From Psammoneis japonica (lineage: Eukaryota): a stretch of DNA of 37,083 nt. Every line of letters begins with the position of its first letter. The first letter of the stretch is position 1. The stretch lies in assembly GCA_008632985.1 (NCBI GenBank), contig QPGO01000371.1, positions 1-37,083 of the forward strand, given 5' to 3'. The position numbers and the translations under genes were made by a program. This document shows positions 33,223 to 37,083 of this stretch, one piece after another. The notes beneath the pieces were generated by a model that saw nothing but the letters and a program-made list of their open reading frames with translations, did no database searches and was not told the DNA's origin.

Positions 33223-34119
33223 TTAGTTGTCAAAATGATCCACATCAAATGGTGAGTGACCCATCATGAGGGCCAACTGTGTGATGTTGGCCACGGCATG
33301 AAACACATGGCAATGTGTTTCCTTCGCGTGGCAGCATCTTTTGTTGAGCATTCCGAAACGCTTGAACCATCCATTGACAGCCTCATGCCTTGCCCTTGCT
33401 GTTGTTTTCGTGGCCTCGTCTGCATTTCTTAGGCCGGATGGAGTCGAGCTGCACTGGCTCCCGTTGCTGCGGCCACCGTCGGCCAGACACATCTCGCCGT
33501 CTTCAAGCTCTTCAATGATCCATTCATGAGCAATGTTCAGATCCGGCAACCCAGCTGGGTGCGGCCCATTGACCCAAACAATCCACCCTGTCTGAATGCA
33601 TGTTCCAATTTCATGCCGCAGCCCAGCACCGTGGAATTTGTGGGAGAACCACATTGGATCGAATGGTGATGGCTCGTAGATTCTGAAATCAGTGCCGTCG
33701 AGTGTCACCAAACATCTGCTGCCATTGTCATCAATGAAGCGGTCTTCCCAGTGAATCTAAGAACAAGGTGTCAGTCCATTTGTTTCACACACATGAGCAA
33801 TGTCTGGAATGGTGCGCGCCAAATTCAACTGTCCAACAAGTTGAATTCTGACCCAAACCCATTTTCTCAGCGTGTCTTCATGGATTTTATTACAGATGCC
33901 AGCAACGACTGTCTCAGATTCATGCAATTTGAGAAAGCAAAGGGTGTGGAGCAGGTGAATGGGCAAAAAACCTTGTGGCATTTTCCCGTCGTCAATGAGA
34001 AGCCCCCACAACTCAGATGCCACTTCTTCTGGGGTGCAGAAGCATGCTGCAGGTGACCCTTTTGGCTTCTGAATGATCGTCTGTGCCAAGCACTCTGTGG
34101 CCTCTTTGGGCAGTCTCAT
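33223..34119 (-). mobile_element. PIF/Harbinger DDE transposase pseudogene (2 exons; intron 33757-33819)
   Basis: Exon 1 has HLLHTLCFLKLHESE...EDTLRKWVW. Exon 2 has IHWEDRF...CLVTLDGTDFRI.EP...WFSHKF.GAGLR[H]EIG.CIQTGWIVWVNGP...LADGG...ARARHEAVNG.FKRFG, matching the Harbinger/DDE_Tnp_4 pattern. Acceptor TTCTTAG is intact and the donor reads GCGCGC. Confidence 0.88.
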
Positions 34120-35051
34120 GATTGGCAATTGGCAGTGTGCCACAGTGTGTCACTTTAGCGTTTGTGCCAGTCTCTGCCACTGGCAGCTGCTCTCTGCTCT
34201 GCAGCAGCTGGCTGCTCTAGAGAGTGGCACAGCAGTTGTTTGACATTTGACAATTGTGTTTTGTCGTCTTCACGCAGTTGGGGTTCTCATTAGAAGAGGC
34301 CTTTGGTGAGATTCCGTCGTGTTTGAAGAAAATACGAAAAAAATGCGATTCGGGTGTGGTTTCCGAATGGTGACTTTGGGACGTTCGCAATGGGCAACTT
34401 TGGGCGTCGTTTTGTCAACCGGAACACGGTAGAATGACCATTCCAACGCGTGCTCTTAGCTCAACTAACACAGCAGTTTACATGCAACATGTGACACAGA
34501 ATTTTAAAACCACAATCCATGGTTGGTGGTGCATTAAAAAAGCATTCTCATTCTACAAATCGAAATGAAATCGCCTTTTCACAGACGAAAAGCGCACGGA
34601 AATGTGCCAATGAAAAGCCAAAATGAACATCAGGAGCTAGTTTGCCATCAGTGCCATCACAAACACACACCAAAGCTTGGGATTCAGCCACTCATTCTTC
34701 AGTTGAGATGGTCCAAAGTCATCGTTCTGGAGCTGAAAATCATTTTGGGTGTGATTTGGGAACAATTTTTGTGTGGTCTTGGAATGTTTTTCGTGTGGTC
34801 TTGAGGGAATCTTCGTTGTCAAGAGGCCCTTTCTCAATGTTGGCGGTTGGTGTTTTCTCAAATCTCATTTTGGCGGTTGGAATTTATTCAAATTTGAAAA
34901 GAGCGTCACGCGGATGGTGGTGAGGTAAGTTTGTTGTGACCCATTCAAAAATGGGGTTCTCATTGCTGCCCGTCAACGCGAATGCTGATCTTGACGACTC
35001 TCGACTGTGCACCATCAATCCTCTCACAAAAAAGAGAAAACCAAAGAAGCC

Positions 35052-36233
35052 ATGCCCAAACTCAACCAACGAACCAAATCGGTTCTTGACACTGAGGCTG
35101 CCGGCCCCCTTCGAGCAGTGTGGCGCAAGGGGTCCGCCGACTGCAAACTCTTGAAGGAGATGCTGATGGATGGCAGGGCAAGCGCTGGGAGCGACGCCAA
35201 AAGAGATCCAGCAGATGCGCGCAGAGTTCATGCGCTGTCCACTGGACAAGTTCCGCACTGGCTTGCACAGGCTCAAAGACGAAACCGGGTTCAATCTTCG
35301 TCGAACGATGAACGACAGCAATGAGAACCCTGACGGTGAGTTTGATTTTCACTGCATTCGCACATGCACGTGAAATAAATGTGAGTGACATCACTGTGTT
35401 GCCGATGCGTGCATTTTCATTTGACCACACCGCGCGGTGTTCTTTTTTTTCATCTGGCCACAGACACCGACGACAGCGACGAAGAGCTGTTCTCGGGTGG
35501 CCTTGACAGCACTCGTCGGACGGCATCAGCTCCAGCTCCTGCAAACAACAACGATGCAGCTGCTGTCATGAATGGAGCTGGTGTTGCTTCTGTGATGGAG
35601 GCACGTGGTGGTGGGCAAGGAGGTTCTTGGAAAAGCTTCAAGCCCATGGTTTTGCAAGCTGCTTGCAAGGACTCTGTCACCAAGACCAATCATGTCGTGG
35701 TTGTTGTGGCTCCATCTGGTGTTTGCACCACGGACCTTTCTGGCATCCAGCTGTCTGTTGTGAGCAATGGGTGGATGCTCAGTTGCATTTTCCAGTGGCC
35801 ACAGCACTCCATGGACATGGATGCTCTTCACGCAGTTCTCCTTGATGAAGCCACTGCCCAAGGGGGAAACCACGGTGGCGATGATGAACTCCGTGACATC
35901 TACAAGCGCCTTGAAGCTCTTTCAGATGAGCTGTCTTCAATGAGGCAGTCTGACTCTGAGGTCCTGTCTTCCACAGCCCTCGTGCCCTTGCCAATCCAGG
36001 TCTCTAGGAAAATCAACAAGGTTCATTTGTTGGGTGGTCGCGATGGGTCCAGGATCATTTGTGTGGACCTCAAGTCGGAAGATTCGACATGCTGCGCTGT
36101 GGAGAATCCAAAAGTCAAGTTGATTGATGCCACAGGCGATGGTGTTGGACTCATTGGCTGCAATTGGGAGCTGGACGCCAGCGGACAGGATGCACATGCA
36201 TTTGACACAATGCACAGATTAGGACATTTGTGA
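35052..36233 (+). mobile_element. Probable second (DNA-binding/accessory) ORF of the Harbinger element, degenerate; intron 35336-35463
   Basis: Divergent from the transposase, as is common for two-ORF Harbingers. WRKGS...LLKEML.DG.[fs ~35188].TPKEI...RAEF...PLDKFRTGL.RLK is a helical motif. The GTGAGT...CACAG intron splices in frame to DTDDSDEE. The true stop is uncertain because TA stops are eroded. Confidence 0.55.
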
Positions 36234-36389
36234 TTGTCAGCAACTGATTGGCACAACAAAACATTCTTTCAACAACAGTCTCCACAGCTGCCACTGTGGC
36301 AGCAGCAGGGCCTGCTCTAGCCAGCAGAGTAGACTGCAGTTTGACTCGGCGATGAACTCGGCAGTGCGAGCACAGCAGTGCTCACGTCT

Positions 36390-37083
36390 TTGGCTTTTTA
36401 AACAGAAGATTAAGGGAGCCCATGTAGAGCGGAAGGAACAGCAGAGGGAGGCACAGAGGTGGCTGTAGAGACGGCAGAGAAGAAGGGTCGAAGGACGCAA
36501 GACGAAGGGCGTTTTGAGGAAGGTGTGGGTGAGGAGGGAGCAGGGAGAGAGGAAGTGAATCAGAGGATGTGCGTAGAAAGGTGAAGAACGACGTTGCAGC
36601 CAAGAGTTTGGGTGGCCCACTGGGATGGGGTGGCTGTGCGGCAGGTGCTCCCAAAGCGATCGGCAGACAGGCGATGCCATGCGAAGTCAGCAGAGGGAAG
36701 GATTGCAGACGGAGACGACAAAGCGTAGAGGAAGGTGGAGCAGGAGGCATCGGAGTGACGAAAGTCAGAGGAGAGGACCAGGGTGGCTTGGGCTGAGAGC
36801 AGACGGAGGAGGATGTAGAGCCAAAGAGCAAGCGGTGAGCAAAGTGGCCGAGACCACCAAGGTGATCTACAGTGAAGGGGAGCAGGAAGATGCCATTGTT
36901 GTCAAGCGAAGAAAACAACAAGGGATCCATCGGCAGAGGAAGTGAGAGGGGCCAAGAAACTTCAATCTCGCGCTCGAGTGTGTGCCTCAGTTGAGGCAGG
37001 AGAAGAGGGGGGCAGGCAGACCTGGAGGAGGGCGGAGGAAGCTTAGGGACGGCAACGTCCACTGCAATGTAGTGATGGTGGGA
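36390..37083 (-). mobile_element. 3' end of a degenerate non-LTR retrotransposon with restriction-like endonuclease (CRE/Ambal-like)
   Basis: DVAV...LLPFTVDHLGGLGHFAHRLLFG matches the C-terminal RLE pattern (D-V-x-V...P-F-x-V-D/E-x-x-G-x-L-G). The coding strand is pyrimidine-rich, frameshifted, and has a short A-run near 36395-36399. Confidence 0.55.

Larger units (their letters stand above)
27240..36380. other. TpA- and CpG-depleted, TpG/CpA-enriched hypermutated repeat domain
   Basis: No TpA seen by eye in 27241-28070 and only a few dozen across ~9 kb. Translations almost lack Tyr and are rich in Cys/His/Gln/Trp. The domain contains duplicated segments and transposon relics. Confidence 0.9.

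Noticed and set aside
27240..36380. Classical fungal RIP
   Set aside because: RIP converts CpA to TpA and enriches TA/AT; here TA is depleted and CA/TG enriched.
32850..36390. Harbinger terminal inverted repeats and TAA/TTA target duplication
   Set aside because: Only weak partial matches (33120-33135 vs 36365-36380); element ends cannot be supported.

Overview
Eukaryotic genomic DNA, most consistent with a pennate diatom. The evidence is type-II membrane LRR proteins, short GT-AG introns with CTAAC branch points, and diatom-style PIF/Harbinger and RLE non-LTR elements. Positions 1-27,100 are gene-dense: RUS1/DUF647, two tandem LRR membrane proteins, eIF1/SUI1, a Lys-rich protein, an acidic disordered protein, a secreted 2OG-Fe(II)-oxygenase-like protein, an MFS transporter, allantoicase and a RanBP2-ZnF/bromodomain-like protein. 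This part ends in a head-to-head pair of a coiled-coil gene and a Gly-zipper plus DRGH-nuclease-like gene. Several genes carry single-base homopolymer frameshifts that look like assembly errors. From about 27,100-27,240 onward the sequence abruptly becomes repeat/transposon-derived and is nearly devoid of TpA, and over long stretches of CpG, while being saturated in TpG/CpA. Paired repeat copies inside the window and Tyr->His/Cys changes at conserved transposase motifs indicate two directional mutation processes: CpG->TpG/CpA and, more unusually, TpA->TpG/CpA. This looks like a RIP-like repeat-hypermutation system acting on adenines and is the main finding. All counts and alignments were made by eye.
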